DNA of 64,000 nt from a bacterium. GTDB lineage: Bacteria; Bacillota; Clostridia; Lachnospirales; Lachnospiraceae. Of the stretch, positions 9,807-18,515 are shown one piece after another. How positions within the stretch are numbered: position 1 is the stretch's first letter; every line of letters starts with the position of its first letter. Location: assembly GCA_963658085.1 (NCBI GenBank), contig CAVKOU010000008.1, positions 8-64,007 on the forward strand, read 5' to 3'. A program made the translations under genes and the position numbers. A model generated the notes under the pieces. That model made no database searches and was not told where the DNA came from. It saw only the letters and a list, made by a program, of their open reading frames with translations.

Positions 9807-10670
9807 ATGTGGATTGCAGACGGATGGAAAGATTATGAAGTAATTGATTGCAGTAAAGGAGAAAAATTAGAACGTTGGGGAGACTATCTTTTAGTCCGCC
9901 CGGACCCTCAGGTAATCTGGGATACTCCAAAGACAGAAAAAGGCTGGAAGCACATGAACGGTCACTATCACCGCAGCAAAAAAGGCGGCGGCGAATGGGA
10001 ATTCTTTGATCTCCCGGAACAGTGGCAAATTCATTATGGTGAATTAACCTTTAATTTGAAACCATTTAGTTTTAAACACACCGGGCTGTTTCCGGAACAA
10101 GCTACCAACTGGGACTGGTTTGGAAATAAAATCAAGAATGCAAACAGACCTATTAAAGTACTGAATTTATTTGCTTACACAGGAGGCGCCACTTTGGCCG
10201 CAGCTGCTGCCGGTGCTCATGTTACTCACGTAGATGCCTCCAAGGGCATGGTTGCCTGGGCGAAAGAAAACGCAGCTTCTTCCGGCCTGTCTGACAAGCC
10301 AATCCGTTGGTTAGTCGATGACTGTGTGAAATTTGTAGAAAGGGAAATCCGCAGAGGCAATCACTACGATGCCATCATTATGGATCCTCCTTCCTATGGA
10401 AGAGGCCCTAAAGGAGAGATCTGGAAAATCGAGGACATGATTCACGATCTGATCAAACTGTGTACCAAGATTCTTTCCGATGATCCCCTGTTTTTCCTGG
10501 TAAATTCTTATACAACAGGTCTGGCCCCGGCAGTATTGACTTACATGATTTCCACAGAACTAAAAAAATATGACGGTCATGTAGATTCTCAGGAAATCGG
10601 ACTTCCGGTTACTCATTCCGGATTAGTTCTTCCCTGTGGTGCTTCAGGAAGATGGGAATCCAACCATTAA
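9807..10670 (+). CDS. Class I SAM-dependent methyltransferase (RlmI/PF10672-like, no PUA domain)
   Basis: Motif I VLNLFAYTGGATLAAA and motif IV IIMDPPSYGRG. Confidence 0.75.
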   Translation: MWIADGWKDYEVIDCSKGEKLERWGDYLLVRPDPQVIWDTPKTEKGWKHMNGHYHRSKKGGGEWEFFDLPEQWQIHYGELTFNLKPFSFKHTGLFPEQATNWDWFGNKIKNANRPIKVLNLFAYTGGATLAAAAAGAHVTHVDASKGMVAWAKENAASSGLSDKPIRWLVDDCVKFVEREIRRGNHYDAIIMDPPSYGRGPKGEIWKIEDMIHDLIKLCTKILSDDPLFFLVNSYTTGLAPAVLTYMISTELKKYDGHVDSQEIGLPVTHSGLVLPCGASGRWESNH

Positions 10671-10682
10671 GTATATTATTAA

Positions 10683-10722
10683 AAAAGTCAGAGGGAATCC
10701 TAACATTCCCTCTGACTTTTTT
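10683..10722. terminator. Bidirectional terminator between convergent genes
   Basis: A 16-bp stem aaaagtcagagggaat/attccctctgactttt, flanked by A and T runs. Confidence 0.8.
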
Positions 10723-10760
10723 GTTGTCATCTTATCTTTTATCGTTTTCATTTTACAGCT

Positions 10761-11465
10761 TCATTTTATAAAAGCTTCTTTATCCCTTTCCAATTCCTCC
10801 AGAATCGGGATTACCTCCAAAAGGCTCTTACATTTTCTATAAGCTAACTTCACGATTTCCTCCGGTGGTTCTATAAGATCCGGCACCAATATAGGAATCG
10901 TTCCCGCACCATAAGCAGCCTTAATCCCAGCCACCGCATCCTCTAACGCCATACATTCAGCGGGGGCCATTCCAAGAAGCTTCGCCCCTCTTAGGTAAAT
11001 CTCCGGATCTGGTTTGGAATGGGTCACCATATCTCCCGTGACCATGCCATCAAAATAATCCAAAATTCCCAAACTTCCCAGGGTATTGCTAGCATATTCT
11101 TTTCTGGAAGATGTAGTAAGAGCCATGGAAAGCCCCTTCGATTTCCCATATTCCAAAAGCTCCCTTGCCCCTTCTTTTATAGGAACTCCGTCTTTTGCAA
11201 TTTCATAAAAGGCTTCACTGGCCTTTACCGCAAATTCCTCGCAGGGAAAATCTTTTCCCAGATGCTCCTTAAAATAAAGATCTCTCCCTGCCCGGTTTAC
11301 ACCAAGAAGGGGATAGATAATCTGATCCATCCCCTGATAGCCCATTCTTTCTCCTGCAATTTTCCAAGACTGTTGAACAATCCGTTCCGAATCAATCAAC
11401 AATCCATCCATATCAAATAAAAGTCCTCGAACCCTATTCAAACTCAATTCCCTTTCCGAGAGCAT
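10761..11465 (-). CDS. HAD-IA family hydrolase (beta-phosphoglucomutase-like)
   Basis: Motif I LLFDMDGLLIDSE, motif II TTSS, motif IV LEDAVAGIKAAYGAG. The start is uncertain. Confidence 0.8.
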   Translation of the reverse strand: MLSERELSLNRVRGLLFDMDGLLIDSERIVQQSWKIAGERMGYQGMDQIIYPLLGVNRAGRDLYFKEHLGKDFPCEEFAVKASEAFYEIAKDGVPIKEGARELLEYGKSKGLSMALTTSSRKEYASNTLGSLGILDYFDGMVTGDMVTHSKPDPEIYLRGAKLLGMAPAECMALEDAVAGIKAAYGAGTIPILVPDLIEPPEEIVKLAYRKCKSLLEVIPILEELERDKEAFIK

Positions 11466-11598
11466 CCTTAAGATAAGAAGAAACATCTTCCAATTTTTTC
11501 AAAATTTCCATCTTCTCTTCAAACTCTTCTCCCGTCATGTCTTTATTTACCAACGCCTGCTGAATATGTTTTACTTCTTTAATAAGATCTTGTGTCAT
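11434..11598 (-). CDS. Small hypothetical protein
   Basis: A strong SD (GAGGAGGG) lies about 8 nt before the ATG at 11598. The product is helical and charged, with no recognised family. Confidence 0.45.
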   Translation of the reverse strand: MTQDLIKEVKHIQQALVNKDMTGEEFEEKMEILKKLEDVSSYLKDALGKGIEFE

Positions 11599-11765
11599 AA
11601 CCATGCCCTCCTCTTTTTTTCTAGTATACCATAGCAAAAAGCGGATGGAACGATTACTTTTGATTGTTAATAAGAAAAATGAATTTCTACTGCTTCTGTT
11701 TTATCCCTTATGTTACAATACATAATCATAGGCTTTGCCTTTTAAATAATATGAGGTTTATTATC

Positions 11766-12413
11766 ATGAGTACTACAAAAAAACAGCAACTGGCTCTTGC
11801 AGTCATTGATCGTTTAAAAAAAGAATATCCCCACACCACCTGCACCCTTGATTATACAGAGGCCTGGAAATTACTGGTCAGTGTCCGTCTTGCCGCCCAG
11901 TGCACCGATGCCAGGGTAAATGTTGTCGTTCAGGAGCTTTTCGCTAAATATCCAGATATCACTTCCCTTGCCGAGGCAACTCCGGAAGAAATCGAAGAAA
12001 TCGTTCGCCCCTGTGGATTGGGAAAAAGCAAGGCCAGAGATATCAATGCCTGCATGCGGATGCTGCAGGATGAATTTGACGGAAAAGTTCCACGGGATTT
12101 AAATACCCTTCTAAAGCTTCCCGGTGTAGGCAGGAAAAGTGCCAACCTAATTATGGGAGATGTCTACGGCGAACCAGCCATCGTCACAGACACTCATTGC
12201 ATTCGCTTAAGCAACCGCATCGGTCTGGTGAAGGATACCAAGGACCCTAAGAAAGTTGAAATGGCTCTATGGGATATTATCCCTCCAGAGGAAAGTAACG
12301 ATTTTTGCCACCGCATGGTGGATCACGGTCGGGAAGTCTGTACAGCAAGGACCACTCCCCACTGCGAGAAATGTTGTTTGTCAGATCTATGCGAAAGAAA
12401 CGGTGTAGATTAA
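11766..12413 (+). CDS. nth: Endonuclease III
   Basis: HhH-GPD motif LPGVGRKSANLI and the C-terminal FeS cluster CTARTPHCEKCCLSDLC. Confidence 0.92.
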   Translation: MSTTKKQQLALAVIDRLKKEYPHTTCTLDYTEAWKLLVSVRLAAQCTDARVNVVVQELFAKYPDITSLAEATPEEIEEIVRPCGLGKSKARDINACMRMLQDEFDGKVPRDLNTLLKLPGVGRKSANLIMGDVYGEPAIVTDTHCIRLSNRIGLVKDTKDPKKVEMALWDIIPPEESNDFCHRMVDHGREVCTARTTPHCEKCCLSDLCERNGVD

Positions 12414-12431
12414 TCCACACCGTTTCTTTTT
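12397..12431. terminator. Terminator after nth (usable from both strands)
   Basis: Stem gaaacggtgt/acaccgtttc followed by ttttt. Confidence 0.7.
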
Positions 12432-12498
12432 GTAACTATTCAGAATCCTATTTACAAAATAATCTCTACGTAGCTTTTCTTCCTTGATTTCCCAAAAT

Positions 12499-12735
12499 CT
12501 ATTGATTCATATTCTTCAAAGCTTCTACAAATTCCAAATCATCGGCTTTCACTTTCAGATTCGAGCAATACTCTTTTCCCTCCGGTGTCTTTACACTAAT
12601 CTCGATGATAGTTCCCTCCACAATGGCCTCCTGAGATACCGCCTTTAAAAACATAGGGAACTTCGGATGATTTCTCTGAAATGTAGCCAGTCCACTTTGG
12701 ATCTTCTGTAACATTGCTATCTGATTAAAATTCAT
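12499..12735 (-). CDS. Small hypothetical protein (78 aa)
   Basis: SD GAGAGGAG lies 7 nt before the ATG. An extended -10 promoter (TGcTATAAT) is at about 12802-12811. Confidence 0.55.
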   Translation of the reverse strand: MNFNQIAMLQKIQSGLATFQRNHPKFPMFLKAVSQEAIVEGTIIEISVKTPEGKEYCSNLKVKADDLEFVEALKNMNQ

Positions 12736-12949
12736 GAATTTACTCCTCTCATTTCATGTTGGTATATTTCTTTTTCTATGGCTAAAACTTCGCCGGTAAA
12801 AAGATTATAGCATCCCTTTCCCCTTTTGTGTTATTAACTCTCTATAAAAGAAATCCCAGTTTATATTTTCTTAAGTCGCCCTTAAGACTTTTTCGATTTC
12901 TTTAAGAGTTTTAACATACTTTGGACATAATTCTTCTATATACTAATAC

Positions 12950-13103
12950 TCAGATAGTTGATACACAATCAATCAACTATCCCCCCTCATAAAGTTGTAC
13001 TCCTAATAAGGAGTACACTTTACTCTCATTCCTTTAGATAACTATAACAACAACAAGAAACCGTCAGCTTCGGCTGACGGTTTCTTGTTGTCTTTCTTTT
13101 TTT
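12950..13103 (+). ncRNA. Candidate small RNA with three hairpins and a C-rich single-stranded tract
   Basis: Possible promoter TTGGAC (12921-12926), N18, AATACT. Hairpin 1 spans 12953-12981 (10 bp), followed by CCCCCCTC at 12981-12988. Hairpin 2 spans 12997-13016. A 19-bp terminator hairpin spans 13050-13091 and is followed by a T-run on the plus strand. Confidence 0.3.
13050..13103. terminator. Strong bidirectional terminator (also serves the aminopeptidase gene)
   Basis: Perfect 19-bp stem acaacaagaaaccgtcagc-ttcg-gctgacggtttcttgttgt. Confidence 0.85.
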
Positions 13104-13135
13104 AGGAGGAGGAACTCATACGGGATCTTCTCCCT

Positions 13136-14464
13136 CTATAAATTTTCTGATGCAAAAAACTCCCTTGCTAGGCGAATCAAGTATGCCGTATCCTTTGCTC
13201 CCGCGGTCTCATAAGGAGAATGCATCGCTAGTTGCGGCAATCCGATATCTACTGTTCTTACCGGAACCTGAAGAGCCGATAAATTCCCTAAGGTCGACCC
13301 TCCCAAAAGATCTGACCGGTTATGAAAAATCTGATAAGGAATCTCTGCTCTCCGGCATAACATTTTGAAAATCGCTGCAGACACTCCATCGGTGGTATAT
13401 TTTTGATTGGCGCTGTATTTCATTACCACACCTTTATTTAAATATGGGCGATTGGTTGGACAGCTCATTTCCGGATAATTCGGATGCACTGCGTGAGCAT
13501 TGTCCGCCGATAGGATAAAGCTTCCTGCCAAAAGCCTTCGATATTCGCCCTCCGTTATCCCAAAACTCTCGCAAATCCTAAGAAGAGTATCCACAAGAAA
13601 AGTAGACGCCGCTCCCTGTCTGGTTCCACTTCCCACTTCCTCATTGTCAAATACCACATGAACCGGGACACATTCTCCCGTTTCTGAGGATAAAAATCCT
13701 TCCAAAGAAGCATAGGCACATTGCAAGTCATCTAACCTTCCACCGGAGATAAATTCTAAGTTCGCACCCCACTGGCTTCCTTGCATGCGATTATAAAGGA
13801 AAAGGTCACTTCCTAAAATTTCTTCTTCCTTTACGCCGGCAGTTTCTGCTATAAAGGACATAAACTTATGATCTTTACATTCTCCACAGGAATATAATGG
13901 AAGCATGTCTTTTTGAACATTGTATTTATAGCCATCATTTGCATTTCGATTCATATGAATGGCCAAATTAGGAATCAGACACAGATCCCGGTCTACGGAT
14001 ACCAGTTGACTCTTTAGTCCTTCTTTTGTCTGTAGGATGATCCGACCTGCTACGGAAAGGGGACGATCAAACCAGGGAGCCATAAGCATTCCACCGTATT
14101 TTTCCACATTCAACTTTACATAATGGCCTTCCACGCCCATTTCCGGATGTTCTTTAATCTTAAAAGTAGGAGAATCACTATGACTTGCCATAATATGAAA
14201 GCCCCCAAATTTTTTCTCCGGAATACGGAATGCTAAAATAGCAGAATCATTTCTTGTGACAAAATATTTTCCACCAAAATGCAGTTCCCAGGAATCCTTT
14301 TCCGATAGCTTTTCATATCCCTCCTGAAGGAGTCTTGTACACATCTCATTTATACCATGAAAAACACTGGGACTTTTTTCTATAAATCTCAACAATCCCC
14401 GATTAATTTCCTGATCTTCTTTTGTGATCTGCAAATCTTTTTGATCTAAATCCACTGCATTCAT
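13136..14464 (-). CDS. M18-family aminopeptidase
   Basis: Motifs ASHSDSP, FDNEEVGS and SADNAHAVHPNY. ATG at 14464 is preceded by GGGAGA. Confidence 0.85.
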   Translation of the reverse strand: MNAVDLDQKDLQITKEDQEINRGLLRFIEKSPSVFHGINEMCTRLLQEGYEKLSEKDSWELHFGGKYFVTRNDSAILAFRIPEKKFGGFHIMASHSDSPTFKIKEHPEMGVEGHYVKLNVEKYGGMLMAPWFDRPLSVAGRIILQTKEGLKSQLVSVDRDLCLIPNLAIHMNRNANDGYKYNVQKDMLPLYSCGECKDHKFMSFIAETAGVKEEEILGSDLFLYNRMQGSQWGANLEFISGGRLDDLQCAYASLEGFLSSETGECVPVHVVFDNEEVGSGTRQGAASTFLVDTLLRICESFGITEGEYRRLLAGSFILSADNAHAVHPNYPEMSCPTNRPYLNKGVVMKYSANQKYTTDGVSAAIFKMLCRRAEIPYQIFHNRSDLLGGSTLGNLSALQVPVRTVDIGLPQLAMHSPYETAGAKDTAYLIRLAREFFASENL

Positions 14465-14483
14465 CCTATCGTCTCCCTTTCTC

Positions 14484-15626
14484 CTATCGCCAGGTCTCCA
14501 CATCTTCCAAATTCGGATCTGAATGTTCCAACTCCCTGGAGTAACGATATACAATCTCCACTACATCCTCATTCGTCAAAGTTCTCTCATTTTTCACCCA
14601 TCTGGCCATAAGAAATTCCCGAATAAGCCTGAGACTTACAAAGGCAAGATTCGCTTTGTTCAGAGCCTCCCCATCGTAAACCGCACCACAGAAGTAAGTG
14701 GAAATAAAATAAACCAGAATCTGTTCCTGCTGAATATCCCACTGCACAAACTCCTCTTTCACATAGTGATCAAAATCTCTGGACAAAAGCTCATGCTTCT
14801 CAAATCCATTTTCAGGATTATTCTTAAAAAGAAGCACCTCCGCCTCGCAGATAAAATCCTCCCACTCATCTCTTAGAAGCTCCAGGTCGTGAAGCTTTCT
14901 GTATAGTCTTTTGGTCTTTTTATACTCTTTGATGCGACAGACGGCATCTTTTTTCTGCTCTTCCCATTTCTTTGAAAAAAAATCGATGGCCTTATCTCCC
15001 GCATACCGGTCTATAAGCTCCTCACAGGAAAAAAGTTCGCTATTGTTGATCCGTCTCTGAACATCATGAGCCAAGCCCTCCATTAGGAGAAGCCGTACAG
15101 GAATACTAATCTCCCGATTCTGAGCAATATTTAACAGCGCGGTTCTGGTATCTGCCAGAATGAAATAGAGAAAAGGATCGTAGTCATCGTAGGATTCCTC
15201 ACCTTCCTCTTCGTATTCCACAAAAATCACCGGTTCCTGTCGGTTCATGACAATTCTTGCCACCTCCGGACAGGAAAAAGATAATGTCACCTCGCGAATT
15301 CCTTCAAACTCCTCGATATGCCTCGGATAAAGCTTACAGGTCTTGCAAAGAGACTTCTCTCCCAGTTCTGTATACAGATCACAGAGATTCTCCTGATTTA
15401 AAAATGCACATCTTCCATCTTCTGTCCGGCGAAAGGTTCGATCCCACCACCGAACGGAAGTAAGCAAGCGATGACTGATATCCCCGCCTGCCGTCAACAT
15501 GGCATTTCCGTATTTTTTTAAGGTTTTGGCATCGATCACAATCTGCCAGCCTGCACAGCAGGTATCCTCACAATCTCCTGCAATGCACTGAAATTCGCTA
15601 TAATAATCCGGAAATGTATATAGCAT
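14484..15626 (-). CDS. FliB-family (flagellin lysine-N-methylase-like) CxxCxxCC protein
   Basis: The N-terminus FPDYYSEFQCIAGDCEDTCCAGWQIVIDAKTLKKY and the later CAFL...LCDLY...CKTC cysteine clusters are typical of the YkgJ/FliB family. Confidence 0.6.
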   Translation of the reverse strand: MLYTFPDYYSEFQCIAGDCEDTCCAGWQIVIDAKTLKKYGNAMLTAGGDISHRLLTSVRWWDRTFRRTEDGRCAFLNQENLCDLYTELGEKSLCKTCKLYPRHIEEFEGIREVTLSFSCPEVARIVMNRQEPVIFVEYEEEGEESYDDYDPFLYFILADTRTALLNIAQNREISIPVRLLLMEGLAHDVQRRINNSELFSCEELIDRYAGDKAIDFFSKKWEEQKKDAVCRIKEYKKTKRLYRKLHDLELLRDEWEDFICEAEVLLFKNNPENGFEKHELLSRDFDHYVKEEFVQWDIQQEQILVYFISTYFCGAVYDGEALNKANLAFVSLRLIREFLMARWVKNERTLTNEDVVEIVYRYSRELEHSDPNLEDVETWR

Positions 15627-15673
15627 AGTTTCCCTTCCTCTCTCTTCTCTTTCAATACTCTTATTTTTATAGA

Positions 15674-18457
15674 TTATCGTTCGGGAGCCTCCTGGTCGTA
15701 TTGTTGAAATCTTCGATTTCCAAGGCGTACTTCCTTCAAGTGTTCTTGCAGCTTCGGATCCATATGATCCATCAGATAATTTCTAGCGGTCTCCCGCCTT
15801 TTTTCGCTCTCTTCCTTGATCTGACGGTTCACAAATTCTACCTCATCAAAAAATTCTCTTGATGAGATCAAAGAGGCACCACGGCCTCTTGTCACCACCT
15901 GCTCCACTCCATCGGAGGTTACCACGGTCACGTGGTATTTTTTCCCGATATGATGCGTCACTTTTTCGATATATTGATCTGCCGTCTCTGCTTCTTTGGT
16001 AAATACAACATGAATGTTGTGATACTTATACACTTCCAAAGCATCTCCCTCTACTTTGTAAGCATCAAACACAAGGATGACGGCGCATTTTTTAAAGCCC
16101 TGATAGTTGCACAAAATATCCATCAGCTTATTTCTGGCACTCTGGATATTCTCCTTTGCCAGTTCCTTTAACTCTTCCCAGGCGAAGATTACATTATAGC
16201 CATCCACCAGCAGGTATTCTTCTATAGGTTCCGTACTTTTAGGAGTCTCCTTCTGAGCTCCCACAGTTACGGTAGAAGCCTTAGGAGTTTTATGCTCTAC
16301 TTTTCCATAGGTTCGTATAAAGATTTCTTCTAATTCTTTATCTTCCTCATAACTGGTAGAGATAAAATTTTCCCCTCTAGACTTTGGCGCCTGCACATCT
16401 TTTGCATCCTTGGTTTTTACAGACTTCTTTTTGCCTAATTGTTTTTCAATATGCATTTTACCAAAGACTTGATCCCACGGCACTGCATAGCCTGCACCAT
16501 GGGCACAAAAAACGGATCCTGTAGGATTTTCCAGATCTCTTTCCGGATCATAACCTATGGCTTCTATAACTTCCTCCGAATTATGGCAAGGGTAATATCC
16601 CTTATAAGCACAGGTTAAATGTCCCATTCCTCTGGTATATTCCGTAACCTCCATGGCGTATTCACCCATACAAGCCACCGGGGCCTGGCCTGTGATTACG
16701 GTGTGATCTTTCTCTGTCTGAGGCGTATCAAACTCCCCATGCATTCTCTGAATATCCGTCATAGCTCTGCCTACATATTCGGAAGGAATCTCTAACCGGA
16801 AGCTAAAATATGGCTCTAACAAAATATTTTCAGCCTGCATAAGCCCCTGGCGAACTGCCCGGTAGGTAGACTGTCTGAAATCACCACCCTCCGTATGTTT
16901 TAGGTGCGCTTTTCCTGCCACCAGGGTGATCTTCACATCCGTCAAAGCCGAACCTGTAAGAACCCCTTTATGTTCCTTCTCCTCCAAATGAGTTAGGATC
17001 AGCCGCTGCCAGTTCTTATCTAACATATCCTCGCTGCAGGCAGTTTCCAGTACTAATCCCTCGCCAGCCTGAGCCGGTTCCATTTTCAGATGCACTTCTG
17101 CATAATGTCTTAAAGGTTCAAAATGTCCAACACCCTCCACAACATTTCCAATGGTTTCTTTATAGACAATGCTTCCGGGGCCAAATGAAGGTTCCACAGA
17201 AAATCGCTCCATCATCAGGCTTTTTAGCACTTCTTTTTGGACTTCTCCCATAAGCTGTACATGAATTTCAGACAGAGTCTCATTCCATACCACCTTAAGC
17301 ATTGGATCCTCTTCCTCTAACTCTCTGAGATACCCTAGCATCTTATGAGCATCTACATTCTCAGGAAGTTCCACCTGATAATTAATCACCGGCTCAAGCA
17401 CCGGAAGATTAGATTCTTCTTCCATTCCAAGGCCTTGCCCGGGGTAGGTAGCGGTAAGTCCTGTAACAGCACAGATTCTTCCATCAGAAATCTCCTGCAC
17501 CATTTCATATTTTTCACCGGAGTAAATGCGAATCTGATTCACCTTTTCTTCCCAGATATTTCCATCTCTTCCTCGTCCTTGCAACAGATCCTTTACACGC
17601 AAAGTCCCGGAGGTAACCTTTAAGTGAGTCAGGCGCTCGCCCTTTAAATCTCTGGAGATTTTATAAATCTTTCCTCCAAAGCCTTCTTCCTCCAGAGCTT
17701 GTTCCCTTAAGGTTTGATTCCCTAAGTCTTGCTCTCCCAAAGTTTCTTTCTGAAATCTAGGATTTTGGCAAAAAAGTTCAATTCCATCCAACAGTTCCCG
17801 GACGCCCATAAGTTTCAAAGCTGATCCAAAATAGCAGGGAAATACCTGCCGGTTTCTAATAAGTGCGGCTATGGTATCCTGACTGATCTTTCCCTGATCT
17901 AAATATTCCTCCAGGGCATCCTCATGGCAGGTGGCAAGATTTTCATAAAAGTCTCCCTGTTCTTGCCCTTCCATTTCTTCGTGAGAAAATACCGGAAACG
18001 CAAGACAGGATTCCTCCAAATTCTTTTGCAAATCCAGGAGAAGCTCTTCGGGAGCTCTTCCCTCCTGATCCATTTTGTTGATAAACAGAAAAGTAGGAAC
18101 TTTGTAATGTTTTAAGAGTCTCCAAAGCGTCCTGGTATGGCCCTGAACTCCGTCCGCTCCGTTGATTACCAGAATCGCTGCATCTAAAACCTGTAGGGTT
18201 CGCTCCATCTCCGCCGCAAAATCCACATGTCCCGGAGTATCAAGAAGTGTCACGGACAGATCATGTAGCTTAACCTCCGCCTGCTTGGAAAAAATCGTAA
18301 TCCCCCGCTCACGCTCTAAAGCATAGGTATCCAGATAGGCATCCTTATGATCTACTCTTCCAGGTTTGCGAATTTTACCTGTAAGATATAAAATGCTCTC
18401 TGATAAAGTTGTCTTTCCGGCATCTACATGAGCCACCAATCCTACTGTAATGTGCAT
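15674..18457 (-). CDS. TetM/EF-G-like translational GTPase fused to a C-terminal Rae1/YacP-type NYN ribonuclease domain
   Basis: G1 AHVDAGKTT, G3 DTPGH and G4 NKMD, followed by EF-G-like domains II-V. A Lys-rich linker comes next. Nt 15827-16216 then encode YLLVDGYNVIF...VFDAYKV...VVFTKEAETADQYIE...VVTSDGVEQ, the YacP/Rae1 signature. ATG at 18457 follows AAGAGGTG. Confidence 0.85.
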   Translation of the reverse strand: MHITVGLVAHVDAGKTTLSESILYLTGKIRKPGRVDHKDAYLDTYALERERGITIFSKQAEVKLHDLSVTLLDTPGHVDFAAEMERTLQVLDAAILVINGADGVQGHTRTLWRLLKHYKVPTFLFINKMDQEGRAPEELLLDLQKNLEESCLAFPVFSHEEMEGQEQGDFYENLATCHEDALEEYLDQGKISQDTIAALIRNRQVFPCYFGSALKLMGVRELLDGIELFCQNPRFQKETLGEQDLGNQTLREQALEEEGFGGKIYKISRDLKGERLTHLKVTSGTLRVKDLLQGRGRDGNIWEEKVNQIRIYSGEKYEMVQEISDGRICAVTGLTATYPGQGLGMEEESNLPVLEPVINYQVELPENVDAHKMLGYLRELEEEDPMLKVVWNETLSEIHVQLMGEVQKEVLKSLMMERFSVEPSFGPGSIVYKETIGNVVEGVGHFEPLRHYAEVHLKMEPAQAGEGLVLETACSEDMLDKNWQRLILTHLEEKEHKGVLTGSALTDVKITLVAGKAHLKHTEGGDFRQSTYRAVRQGLMQAENILLEPYFSFRLEIPSEYVGRAMTDIQRMHGEFDTPQTEKDHTVITGQAPVACMGEYAMEVTEYTRGMGHLTCAYKGYYPCHNSEEVIEAIGYDPERDLENPTGSVFCAHGAGYAVPWDQVFGKMHIEKQLGKKKSVKTKDAKDVQAPKSRGENFISTSYEEDKELEEIFIRTYGKVEHKTPKASTVTVGAQKETPKSTEPIEEYLLVDGYNVIFAWEELKELAKENIQSARNKLMDILCNYQGFKKCAVILVFDAYKVEGDALEVYKYHNIHVVFTKEAETADQYIEKVTHHIGKKYHVTVVTSDGVEQVVTRGRGASLISSREFFDEVEFVNRQIKEESEKRRETARNYLMDHMDPKLQEHLKEVRLGNRRFQQYDQEAPER

Positions 18458-18466
18458 CCACAACAC

Positions 18467-18501
18467 CTCTTATCTTTTATCTTTTATCTCTTATCTCTTA
18501 T
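18467..18501. repeat. Five tandem heptamers, CTYTTAT (ATAARAG on the coding strand)
   Basis: ctcttat cttttat cttttat ctcttat ctcttat, immediately upstream of the GTPase-NYN SD and start, inside the 58-nt spacer after the PPIase gene. Confidence 0.9.
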
Positions 18502-18515
18502 TTTTTCTCTTATCT

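Noticed and set aside
15674-18457. Calling the GTPase a tetracycline-resistance ribosomal protection protein (TetM/TetO).
   Set aside because: Only the general family fold and G-motifs are shared. The protein carries an extra NYN domain and sits among housekeeping genes with no mobile context, so a resistance call is not supportable from sequence alone.
18467-18515. The heptamer array and other short repeats (22525-22620, 24720-24800, 57509-57625) as CRISPR arrays.
   Set aside because: The units are 7-39 bp with no unique spacers and no cas genes. Most lie inside coding sequence and encode low-complexity peptide repeats.
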